Sequence record: MN794232.1
Length of the DNA: 64,000 nt
Reading direction: 5' to 3' (one strand)
In this document: piece by piece, positions 16,056 to 25,121 of the stretch
How positions within the stretch are numbered: the first letter of the stretch is position 1
How the letters are laid out: every line of letters starts with the position of its first letter
The notes under the pieces: generated by a model
Database searches by the model: none
What the model saw: the letters and a program-made list of their open reading frames with translations, nothing else
What the model was told of the DNA's origin: nothing
Made by a program: the position numbers and the translations under genes

Positions 16056-16931
16056 TTATTTAATCGGAGTTTGCACTGCGATTTTGTCAAGCATTTCAGT
16101 AGGTACGAATACCTTGTTGTTTGATTTCGCAAGCTCACGTAGAGTTTTTTGCTCTTCTAGGAAGCGTACGTTGTTGTTCATCAGCTTGTCAGCAACTAGT
16201 TTCTTGGTTTCTGCTTCGTACAGTTCGATTTCGCGTTGACGTTTTGAAACTTCTTCACGAGTCGCAATCTGTAGCAGGTCAAGTTTACGCTGTGCTTTTA
16301 CAGTATCTTCTTGCTGACGACGTTCAGCCGATGCTTCTTGTGCAGCAGTAATCGTTTTAGGGTAAACTACGTCAGTAACACCCACGACTTTAAGAATGAA
16401 TGGCGTATCTTTCAGTTCTTGATTAAGACGCTGTTTCACGAACTGGTTAAGCTTTTCGCGGTTAGATGCGACTTCCGAAATGCTGTATTCAGCAATGATT
16501 GACGGAATAATCGTGTTCAGTTTAGCTCGTGCATAACGAACGAACACATCTTGCTGTGCAATCACACCTAGTTGATCAGTTTGCGATTTGAACGGCACCT
16601 TCGCAAAAACGAAGTTGTATTTCGCCGGATCGACCGCCATGGTCATTTCAACGTCGTACTTCAGCATTAGTTCGTCTTTCGGCATGAAAGTGTCAAACTT
16701 CATTTCGTAGAAGCTGTCAGATACATCAAGCAGTACTAGACGATCTGGGTAGCGCCATGCCCAATCGAGGCGGAACTTAGATGGTTGACGTGGCTCTTGA
16801 GTCAAATCGAAGCCGTCTTTAGTCTGAATCTTACCAACGAAGCCGGTTGGGATTTCAGCAGGAGTACCACAGCCAGTTAGTGCAAAGCCCAGTGCTGCTA
16901 CTGAAAGAAGTTTAGCGATATTTTTAAACAT
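16056..16931 (-). CDS. SPFH/band-7 family lipoprotein
   Basis: Lipobox LTGC; EIPTGFVG; SNREKLNQ..LNQEL; C-terminal coiled coil. Confidence 0.82.
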   Translation of the reverse strand: MFKNIAKLLSVAALGFALTGCGTPAEIPTGFVGKIQTKDGFDLTQEPRQPSKFRLDWAWRYPDRLVLLDVSDSFYEMKFDTFMPKDELMLKYDVEMTMAVDPAKYNFVFAKVPFKSQTDQLGVIAQQDVFVRYARAKLNTIIPSIIAEYSISEVASNREKLNQFVKQRLNQELKDTPFILKVVGVTDVVYPKTITAAQEASAERRQQEDTVKAQRKLDLLQIATREEVSKRQREIELYEAETKKLVADKLMNNNVRFLEEQKTLRELAKSNNKVFVPTEMLDKIAVQTPIK

Positions 16932-16963
16932 GTTTTGCTCTCTTAGTTAAGTTGACGATGTGA

Positions 16964-16992
16964 ATGATACGTTGTGTAGTTCAGCATGTCAA
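16964..16992 (-). promoter_or_regulatory. early promoter of the SPFH cassette
   Basis: TTGACA-17-TATCAT with UP element. Confidence 0.75.
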
Positions 16993-17048
16993 GTTGTTTT
17001 TCACAAATTTCTCATTTTGTTTGTGCGCTTCGTTGCGCTGAGGAGTAC

Positions 17049-17077
17049 ATAGTAGGCAAAACAAATACCCCTGTCAA
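17049..17077 (-). promoter_or_regulatory. second early promoter of the SPFH cassette
   Basis: TTGACA-17-TACTAT. Confidence 0.7.
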
Positions 17078-17085
17078 CACTTTTC

Positions 17086-17093
17086 TATAAATA
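17086..17093 (+). promoter_or_regulatory. T4-type late promoter for gene 25
   Basis: Exact TATAAATA. Confidence 0.8.
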
Positions 17094-17116
17094 AATTTAA
17101 AATTCGGAGAAAATCT

Positions 17117-17536
17117 ATGGCAATTGCAGAGTTGAACACTCTAAAGCCAGGGAGTTACTACTTCAGTGACATCCCAGCAAATTTCGGCAAGAGTGTTGTA
17201 AACAATGACTTGAGCGCATCATATGACTTGAAAGCAATACAGGAATCAATCATCGGAATCGTGAGTACAAAGAAAGGCGAGCGACCTTTCAATCCCGAAT
17301 TCGGATGTGACATCAGCAATCAGCTATTTGAAAACATTTCGCCTGCAAGTGCGTTTGCAATCAAATACAGTATTGAGAACGCGATTTCTAAATGGGAACC
17401 GCGTGTGGTGATTCAAAAGATTGAAGTTCTACCGCTTTATGATAAGAACACATACGAAATTGTGGTTCAGTATCATCTACGCACCAACTTTGATCGACTA
17501 TTTGCGCTTAAAACAAGACTTGTGAATCGTCTTTAA
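17117..17536 (+). CDS. 25: gp25 baseplate wedge subunit / sheath initiator
   Basis: TKKGERPFNPEFGCDI, WEPRV. Confidence 0.93.
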   Translation: MAIAELNTLKPGSYYFSDIPANFGKSVVNNDLSASYDLKAIQESIIGIVSTKKGERPFNPEFGCDISNQLFENISPASAFAIKYSIENAISKWEPRVVIQKIEVLPLYDKNTYEIVVQYHLRTNFDRLFALKTRLVNRL

Positions 17537-17541
17537 TAAAC

Positions 17542-17566
17542 AGCCCGCCATTGTGCGGGCTTTTTT
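17542..17566 (+). terminator. intrinsic terminator after gene 25
   Basis: AGCCCGC/GCGGGCT plus T tract. Confidence 0.8.
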
Positions 17567-17620
17567 GTGCATTAAATATAAGAAACGAAATTTACATAAT
17601 TTTACCAACAGGGGAATAAC

Positions 17621-19579
17621 ATGACAACTAACTCGAATTTGCCTGTTAGTTCTGGCTCGTTTGAGACAATCAAACAAGACCTTATTCAATATCTGAAAGG
17701 TCAAGACGAGTTCAAGGATTACGACTTTAAAGGTAGTCGCCTGAACGTACTAACAGATTTGCTTGCATACAACACAATGTATCTTCAGCACTACTCGAAT
17801 GCAGCACTATTCGAGGGATTTATTCGCACTGCACAGAAACACAGCAGTGTGGTTCAGCACGCTCAAGATATGGGTTATGCGCCAAGCTCTTTGTCGGCAG
17901 CAACACATACTATCGGTATCAAAGCGTATCACGCTGAAAACCCAGTTGAGATCACATTAGGTACAGGTACTCGATTCAGTGCAGACGTTGACGGCGTTGA
18001 TTACTACAGCTACATCGTATGGGAACCTCATATTCTAATCGGTGCGAAGCAAGACCCACTTGATCCTGCGAGTCCCTTAGTGTATCAAGACCAGATTGAT
18101 TTGGTTCAAGGAACGCTAGGTCGTTATGAAACGATTTTCAGTGAAAGTGAGTCGATTACGATCAAAGACCCAGATTTAGACAGAAATTATGTTCGTGTGT
18201 TCGTAGATAATGCAGAATGGACGAACTGGACTGATAAATCAATCGTGAACGTAACTGGTGGCTCGAATGTATTCTATCTTCGCGAAACAGTAGACGGGTA
18301 CACTGAGGTTTACTTCGGCGAGGGTGTTCTGACTGATTTTACTGAGAACGCAGGTGCATACAATCCCGGTTATATCGGTGGTTTGCGACCAATTGAAGGT
18401 CAGCGCATTCGTGTTCAATACGTGAAAACATCGGGACCGCTTGCGAACGGCTCACAGCGTTTCACATGGGCAGATGACATCCCGAATTTCCAATTGGATG
18501 ACAAGAACATCGACGATAATCCGAATAACGATGAGAACTTCGTGGGATCTATCGGCGGTGGTTATGCTGAAGGCACAGAACGCATCAGAGAACTAGCACC
18601 GATTTTCCGCGAATCGCAACGTCGCTGTGTCACCAAGCTTGACTATGAAACGTTTGTGTCTCAGAAGTTCGGTAATATCGTACAAGCAGTTCAAGCGTTC
18701 GGTAGCTCAGACAAGCCGGGATATGTATTCATTTCGATTAAGCCGAAAAGCGGATTGACTCTGCCTCAAGTTGCTCGTAACGACATCGAAGAATATCTGA
18801 AAGAATTCAATATTGTAACGGTTACTCCTAAAGTTGTTGACCCTGATTACTTGTACATCAAGCACAATCTGAGAATCAACTATCGTACCGGTTCATTGGC
18901 TGAAGGTGCTGACTATCTGAAAGCTCAGATCATCAATGCGATTTCAGATTACTACTACAACGAAGTTGAGATTTTCAACGCATCGTTTCACGTGTCAAAG
19001 ATGTTGAGCTACGTAGATGACGCACACCCGTCTATTCTAGGTTCACGCTGTGACATCAGCTTGATTCGCGAATTGACCAACTTTGCACAAACTCCTATGA
19101 GTGGCTACAGTTTCTTGAACCCAATTACACCAGCAACTGTGAAGTCCGAAGACATCACGTTTACCCCGGGTAATTACAAAGTTCAAATGAGAACAACTGA
19201 AGCTCGTACTGCGCCAACACAAGAAGATATTGGTACAATTTTATTGGGTCCATTTGCAGCAGGTGACATCACAGCGCCTATTGACCCAGAGACTGGCTTG
19301 CCAACTGGCGCATACACAGACAACGACTTTGATCGCGAAGTAATTGGCGGTCGCAGTCTATATTACCGTGTGGGTACAATTAACTACGCATCGGGCATGA
19401 TGGATTATGACTTCATCAACTTGGGTATCAACTCATCAGATTGGGATGTTACTGGCAACCTGATCGTGTCAGCAACGCCAACACGTGTGAATATATACAC
19501 AGACGACGGTAGCTTGATTGTATACGAGAACGAGCTGCGTCCTCAATACACAGACATCGTCCTAGAGGGTATTTCTTAA
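17621..19579 (+). CDS. 6: gp6 baseplate wedge subunit
   Basis: FETIKQDL, DYDFKGSRLNVLTDLLAYNT, QRRCVTKLDY, YIFISIKP-like motif. Confidence 0.95.
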   Translation: MTTNSNLPVSSGSFETIKQDLIQYLKGQDEFKDYDFKGSRLNVLTDLLAYNTMYLQHYSNAALFEGFIRTAQKHSSVVQHAQDMGYAPSSLSAATHTIGIKAYHAENPVEITLGTGTRFSADVDGVDYYSYIVWEPHILIGAKQDPLDPASPLVYQDQIDLVQGTLGRYETIFSESESITIKDPDLDRNYVRVFVDNAEWTNWTDKSIVNVTGGSNVFYLRETVDGYTEVYFGEGVLTDFTENAGAYNPGYIGGLRPIEGQRIRVQYVKTSGPLANGSQRFTWADDIPNFQLDDKNIDDNPNNDENFVGSIGGGYAEGTERIRELAPIFRESQRRCVTKLDYETFVSQKFGNIVQAVQAFGSSDKPGYVFISIKPKSGLTLPQVARNDIEEYLKEFNIVTVTPKVVDPDYLYIKHNLRINYRTGSLAEGADYLKAQIINAISDYYYNEVEIFNASFHVSKMLSYVDDAHPSILGSRCDISLIRELTNFAQTPMSGYSFLNPITPATVKSEDITFTPGNYKVQMRTTEARTAPTQEDIGTILLGPFAAGDITAPIDPETGLPTGAYTDNDFDREVIGGRSLYYRVGTINYASGMMDYDFINLGINSSDWDVTGNLIVSATPTRVNIYTDDGSLIVYENELRPQYTDIVLEGIS

Positions 19580-22500
19580 TGGCAAATGTATTACAGGCAC
19601 CGCCAATTATGGAAGTGTCGATTAACAAATTGACACGAAACTATGCTGAACTTTCGTGGACAACCGTGGGTGAGAATTTCCGTTATGAAATTCACGTGCG
19701 CTCGGCGGTCAGTGCTGAACTGCTTTTAACGCAGCCTTTCGCGCCGTTATACCCAAACCCGTTCACGGCTGAAACACGTCTGTTTACAAACATTAATGAA
19801 TCAGTGCGCTACTATCAGTGGCGCATTCGTTCAGTTTATCAAGGATTTAATCCAAGTGAATGGATTCAGTCAGACATCGGTTACACGTCTGAAACAAACG
19901 ATTACGATATTGTCACGCAAGACGAATTCACTCCTGCTAGTTCGTTCATTGAAGCGCGTCTTAACAACGACAACGATCAGTATCTTAACAGCCGTAACCA
20001 GTTGCAAGCAACCTTAGTAAGACCCGGGTTTGAATTTGACCCAAATATGTTCAATGCTGATTCAGCCGCGTATTGGTTCGTTACTAACCCAGGATTCAGC
20101 GCAAATTACGGGAAAGTTCCGTCAGTTTGTCAGAGCAATAGTCGAGTGATCCCGTCGGTGATCGACGATGTGATATATGCATTCGAGCGTTGGCAACAAG
20201 TTTGTAAAGTATCAAACGACGGTGGGAAAACATGGCAGACATACAAGGCAACTAACTCGCGTCTAGGCAGCCCAGTGTATGATTGTATCTGTAAGCAGTC
20301 TAACACGTTTAGTTATCTTCTAGGGTACGATTACCTTATTCAAGGCGTTTCGTCTACTGACGTTGATTACTCGCACGATAACGGGTTGGAATACTCACAT
20401 GCCTCGGTTGATCTGACGTTCGATAAACTAGACTTTGACTTGGGGTTTGGTTTTGATGTTGAGCGTTTCAAAGATCTTGCTATTTTACCACCACAAGTGC
20501 GTCATAAAGCAGATGCGTTCGGGGTTGATGATGTAATGACCGTCGTGACATACGGAAACACATACGTATGGCACAACAATAGAATCCCTCGCATTTTCGA
20601 CAACGTTCAATCTGATCTATACGGTGAGCGTATTTTCGAAACAGTAGGTGAGCTTGATAATGAGCCAGTATACTTTGAAGCTCGTATTGTTCAGAACGAT
20701 ATTAGTCGCCCAGATTTCGACGAAAATACTGCCGATGTTTGCGTGAAAAAGATTCAGTACTTTGATGATCCTGAGCAAGGTCTTGATTATCAAGATGGTC
20801 ACATGTATGCACTAGTGATCGGTGAATGGGAACACGATAGTAACGGCAAACGAATCGGAACTTCTGATCCAAATGAGATTCGCGGTGTATATCGTCTGAA
20901 TCGTACTGCGATTATGAATGGTGACATCGTTGTGGGCTACTCAGGTCTAGTATGGGAGCGTGTATACGGGAACATTGCTGAAGAGCGTTTGCTGCTAAAC
21001 GAACGTTCGGTTATTTCTCGCGATAACACTCATCTAATCGTTGGGCATGACTTGACAAAGAACTATGGTGAAGAAGGCAACCCTGCTTATGATAATCGTC
21101 AAGAATCTAGCGGCGCGCCTGGCAACTATCACTCAACTCCCGGTAGCAATTACGGCACAGTCGATGACCCGTACCTAGTTGCAGACAACGATGAAGTTGA
21201 CGAAGCAGTTCGCATGTTTACTAAGCCGTTCTTTACGACTTATGTTAAGCCGATGACTCAGATTATCGCAACGAAAGACGGGAATACGTGGGATTATAAG
21301 CCACAAGATTACTACGGTTCAGCGCACTTTAACTGGATGCAGCGTGCAGAAACGCGAGATTGGAAATCGTGGGCAAACGAAATCATGTACTACAAGAAAG
21401 AGTCTATCTTCCGCCATGATTTTGCTGATCTTGATGATGTTCGTTGGAAAGAAACGTTCAACGAAGGCGAATACACATTTGAAGCACCGAACTTATCTAT
21501 TTTCGGTTTCAATGGGTATGCGGCAGGTGCAATCATTCACTCAAAGAATGATAACAAAGTGATTGGTTACTACAAGTTCCCCTATCGCGTTGACATCACC
21601 GCACCGATTCGTTGGTCGCCAGAGCGTCGTGTGATAACTGCTAGTCTGTCAAATTACACACCTGTAATCATCGAGCCGCCAGCAGAAGATCCATCGACTA
21701 TGCTCGATCCTACGTTGACGCCACTGATTTACAAAATGATGCCAGAAAACTACTTAGATGCAGACGGCTTTTACAAGCAATTCGCGAAGCACTACTTGGA
21801 TTTCATCAGTAAAGGCGACGGAACAGCGTATAATAACGTGTACAACTTGCTGAACAGCAAAAACCCGTTAGATGACCATTACACTGAATACTTGCACAAG
21901 CTTGTATACGAACGAAATCGTATTCTTGAGCCTGAGAAACGCGACGCAGTTGTTAAGTTCTTCTTAGCACGCAGAGCAGACTTTTACAGCACGAAGGGTA
22001 TTTTGGACTCGTACAAGTTTCTGTTCAAGTTACTGTACAACGAAGATGTTGAAGTTGAGATTGAATCGCTTAACACATTTGAGTATGCAATTGTGGTGAA
22101 TTCAAATGATGTAACAGATGATATTGTCGGTCGACGTATCTACTCAGGTACAGGCAATGCGGATGTTACGTATATCGCTAGACATTACATTGAGGGTAAA
22201 CGTTACTGGAAATTGACGTTGAACAACTTAATCGGTGAATTGAACATCGGTGATGTGCTGTCAATTGACGGTCTTGATTTTACCGCTACTGCGATTACTC
22301 GCGTACAAGGTGAACGAATCGACTACGACTCAAACGAGTTCTTAGATCGAAGCAAGTCATACTACGTGATGAAATTGCGTTCTGAAATGCAATTGAGTCA
22401 GTACAAAGATGATGTAATTCGCTTTGTGCATCCTATTGGATTTGGATTCTTGGGTATTACGCTACTAACTGTACTGATCAATCATGGTATCTCAGTAGAG

Positions 22501-23076
22501 CACCATGAAACAATCGTTGATTCGTATCGTTTGATTAGATACGACAATGGTATCGGTCTAAACTTCACAGAAGAAACGTCATTACTTGACATGTATGAAG
22601 AGCGTGTTTACAACTCGTTCGGTGAGCTTCAAGTGAAGCCGCATCCGTTAGCTCTTGAAAATCCGTTAGATCATGTGATTCATGACCGTATTCTGAACAC
22701 GCAAGGCGTGACAATCACAGAGTACAACGACTACTGGCGTAATGATCGCGTAATCGCTCTTGACGAATCGGCTGCGATTGATGAGCAACGATATATAGAG
22801 ACAGATACGGGCGACATTAACGACATTTGGGGAGGGAAACAGCGCGTGCTTAACCCGAATTACAACCCAACTGCGAAAATTCAACCCGCAGACGCGAACA
22901 ACTCAGAACAATGGGGGATGACGCCGTACGAACGTGCGCCTGCATTCATGTTTGACTGGTCGACAGGGGCAACGAGTATTTCAGATATGTACGAAGATAC
23001 TGACTACAGACTGAAAGACAACGTAGGTAACCCATACGACCCAGAAACGCCGACTCAAAAACAAATAGGTGAATAA
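19579..23076 (+). CDS. 7: gp7 baseplate wedge initiator
   Basis: FYSTKGILDSYKFLFKLLYNEDV, FVHPIGFGFLGI; 1165 aa. Confidence 0.93.
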   Translation: MANVLQAPPIMEVSINKLTRNYAELSWTTVGENFRYEIHVRSAVSAELLLTQPFAPLYPNPFTAETRLFTNINESVRYYQWRIRSVYQGFNPSEWIQSDIGYTSETNDYDIVTQDEFTPASSFIEARLNNDNDQYLNSRNQLQATLVRPGFEFDPNMFNADSAAYWFVTNPGFSANYGKVPSVCQSNSRVIPSVIDDVIYAFERWQQVCKVSNDGGKTWQTYKATNSRLGSPVYDCICKQSNTFSYLLGYDYLIQGVSSTDVDYSHDNGLEYSHASVDLTFDKLDFDLGFGFDVERFKDLAILPPQVRHKADAFGVDDVMTVVTYGNTYVWHNNRIPRIFDNVQSDLYGERIFETVGELDNEPVYFEARIVQNDISRPDFDENTADVCVKKIQYFDDPEQGLDYQDGHMYALVIGEWEHDSNGKRIGTSDPNEIRGVYRLNRTAIMNGDIVVGYSGLVWERVYGNIAEERLLLNERSVISRDNTHLIVGHDLTKNYGEEGNPAYDNRQESSGAPGNYHSTPGSNYGTVDDPYLVADNDEVDEAVRMFTKPFFTTYVKPMTQIIATKDGNTWDYKPQDYYGSAHFNWMQRAETRDWKSWANEIMYYKKESIFRHDFADLDDVRWKETFNEGEYTFEAPNLSIFGFNGYAAGAIIHSKNDNKVIGYYKFPYRVDITAPIRWSPERRVITASLSNYTPVIIEPPAEDPSTMLDPTLTPLIYKMMPENYLDADGFYKQFAKHYLDFISKGDGTAYNNVYNLLNSKNPLDDHYTEYLHKLVYERNRILEPEKRDAVVKFFLARRADFYSTKGILDSYKFLFKLLYNEDVEVEIESLNTFEYAIVVNSNDVTDDIVGRRIYSGTGNADVTYIARHYIEGKRYWKLTLNNLIGELNIGDVLSIDGLDFTATAITRVQGERIDYDSNEFLDRSKSYYVMKLRSEMQLSQYKDDVIRFVHPIGFGFLGITLLTVLINHGISVEHHETIVDSYRLIRYDNGIGLNFTEETSLLDMYEERVYNSFGELQVKPHPLALENPLDHVIHDRILNTQGVTITEYNDYWRNDRVIALDESAAIDEQRYIETDTGDINDIWGGKQRVLNPNYNPTAKIQPADANNSEQWGMTPYERAPAFMFDWSTGATSISDMYEDTDYRLKDNVGNPYDPETPTQKQIGE

Positions 23077-24100
23077 AGTGGCAAAAATTTACAGATCAAC
23101 AATCACAACAGAATATCGAGTTAACAACTTGATGAACTTCTACGAAAACGTAGGTGATGAAGACGACAAGAACACAATTTACCTTATGTTCGGTCGTAAT
23201 GAGCCTTGGTCAGACCGCGAAGATGAAATAAACTTCGCGCCACCTTACCCGAACGACAGCCCAGACGGAAAAGCCGACGTTTGGGCGCGTGCGCTCGGTC
23301 TGATCAAGATTCCAAAATCACAGCTTCGCCCTGTTCTTCCTCGTAAGGACTGGGGCGACCCTGATTTGAATAACTCGCTTCGATTCACATTCGGTGATAT
23401 TGTAACAGTTAACACTATGCCGATCAATAGTCACCCAAGTGCATTGAACGGTTACATGGTTTATCGTTGTATCGACATCCCAGAAACAGACCCGAATAAC
23501 ACAAACATTCGCGGTACGTGTTCGATTGCGACAGTAACGAACAAAAATGACTGTGTAGCAGTCGGCGGGGAATGGAATGCACCATCATCACCAGGTAACC
23601 AAGAAAACATCCCACACGGCACAGGGAATGCTATCGAAACAGGTGATGGGTACGTATGGGAATATCTTTACACGATTCCACCGAGTGAAGTTCTTACGAA
23701 CGTAACTCAAGAATACATCGTTTGCCCGTTCCCTGAAGACATTATCGCAGATCGTGTTGCATGGGGTCTAGATCAGAACATCGTTTTCAATGAAAACTAC
23801 GATGAGACGATTTACAGTGTAGGCGCAGTGCAGTTGCGTTTTCGAGCTAAACTAGCAGGTGCAGACTTCATTCACTTGTTTGGTCCCGGCAATCAGGGCT
23901 ATCGCCAGATTTCGCTGGTTCAAAACCCGTTGCTAGTTCGAGAAGAAGGCGCAACGTCGGATACGAAAGCGACTGAAACACGTTATGACCCACACGAGAT
24001 TCAAGCAGGGACTGGTCAGATAATTTACATGGAAAATCGCCAGCCGATTCGTAAAACACTTGACCAAGTAGAAGAGTTCAACTTGATCTACAACTTCTAA
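23069..24100 (+). CDS. 8: gp8 baseplate wedge subunit
   Basis: YLMFGRNEPW, GDGYVWEYLYTIP, QGYRQISL, IYMENRQPI. Confidence 0.95.
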   Translation: MNKVAKIYRSTITTEYRVNNLMNFYENVGDEDDKNTIYLMFGRNEPWSDREDEINFAPPYPNDSPDGKADVWARALGLIKIPKSQLRPVLPRKDWGDPDLNNSLRFTFGDIVTVNTMPINSHPSALNGYMVYRCIDIPETDPNNTNIRGTCSIATVTNKNDCVAVGGEWNAPSSPGNQENIPHGTGNAIETGDGYVWEYLYTIPPSEVLTNVTQEYIVCPFPEDIIADRVAWGLDQNIVFNENYDETIYSVGAVQLRFRAKLAGADFIHLFGPGNQGYRQISLVQNPLLVREEGATSDTKATETRYDPHEIQAGTGQIIYMENRQPIRKTLDQVEEFNLIYNF

Positions 24101-24155
24101 TAAATAAAGTAAACAACTCATTAGGCGCGTGTTCGCGCCTTTCTTGGAGATTAAG

Positions 24156-25112
24156 ATGGGACGACAAAGATTAGAAACTGGTACTGCGGGTTCGGTTGGT
24201 ACTGGTGATACAATTCACAACGGTGGTAATAAGCTGCGTGACAACTCTGACGAGTTCTACCACATTAACGCAGACTTTGAACTAACTGAAGCAGGTGAAA
24301 GCTATATCCCTGCTTACAATGACACGTCGCCACGCCCTTTTGCAGGTGGCTATTGGCAGAGAATTCCGCCAAGCTCAACTGCGGGTGGTTCAGGTGGTCC
24401 GAACAACACTAACTTGCTAACATCAATCATTACTGGTGGTAAGTATGACATTGACACGTCAGCACTAGGCGGCGGGGCATCAATGACATTAAACTTGCCG
24501 AAAATCGGTACAACAGCGGGTATGGCAAAGCGCGGTGAGAGAATTGAATTTCAAAACACGACTGCGACTCTAGACACAAACCCGATTGTTATCGCACCAT
24601 CAGCAGGTGATGCAATTGTTGGTGCGACTGAACTAAACGGCACACAAATCGTTCGTAACAATTACTGCCACATAATCTGTACAGTAATTGATGATGGTAC
24701 TGGTCTAGCAGGCACACCTCAGTGGGGTATTAAAATCATCCCAATTTTAGGTGACTTCGGTGCGCCAGTTAACGACACGATTTACACAATCCCAGAGACA
24801 GTGACAGTCACAATGCCGCTATTTGATACTTTATCGTATGCAGCGTGTAAGTTGATGGTTTACGCAGAAAACAGCGACCCAGCTCAGGGTGGTGCGGTTA
24901 CTCGTCGTATGTCATCAGAATTGTTGCTGCTAAATAATGTAACAGACGTTTATATTGATGAATACTCAGTAATCAATACAGACAAAGATTTCGGTAACTT
25001 GGTTCTAATTGAACCGCGAGTTGATAACGGAACAATCGTTCTCGATATTACATCAAATGACGATAACGTGTCAATTTCAATCAAATCTATCGAAACAATC
25101 AGACTATCGTAA
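24156..25112 (+). CDS. 9: gp9 long tail fibre socket
   Basis: GTGDTIHNGGNKL; GGAG SD before MGRQ; synteny. Confidence 0.88.
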   Translation: MGRQRLETGTAGSVGTGDTIHNGGNKLRDNSDEFYHINADFELTEAGESYIPAYNDTSPRPFAGGYWQRIPPSSTAGGSGGPNNTNLLTSIITGGKYDIDTSALGGGASMTLNLPKIGTTAGMAKRGERIEFQNTTATLDTNPIVIAPSAGDAIVGATELNGTQIVRNNYCHIICTVIDDGTGLAGTPQWGIKIIPILGDFGAPVNDTIYTIPETVTVTMPLFDTLSYAACKLMVYAENSDPAQGGAVTRRMSSELLLLNNVTDVYIDEYSVINTDKDFGNLVLIEPRVDNGTIVLDITSNDDNVSISIKSIETIRLS

Positions 25113-25121
25113 GGGACAATA

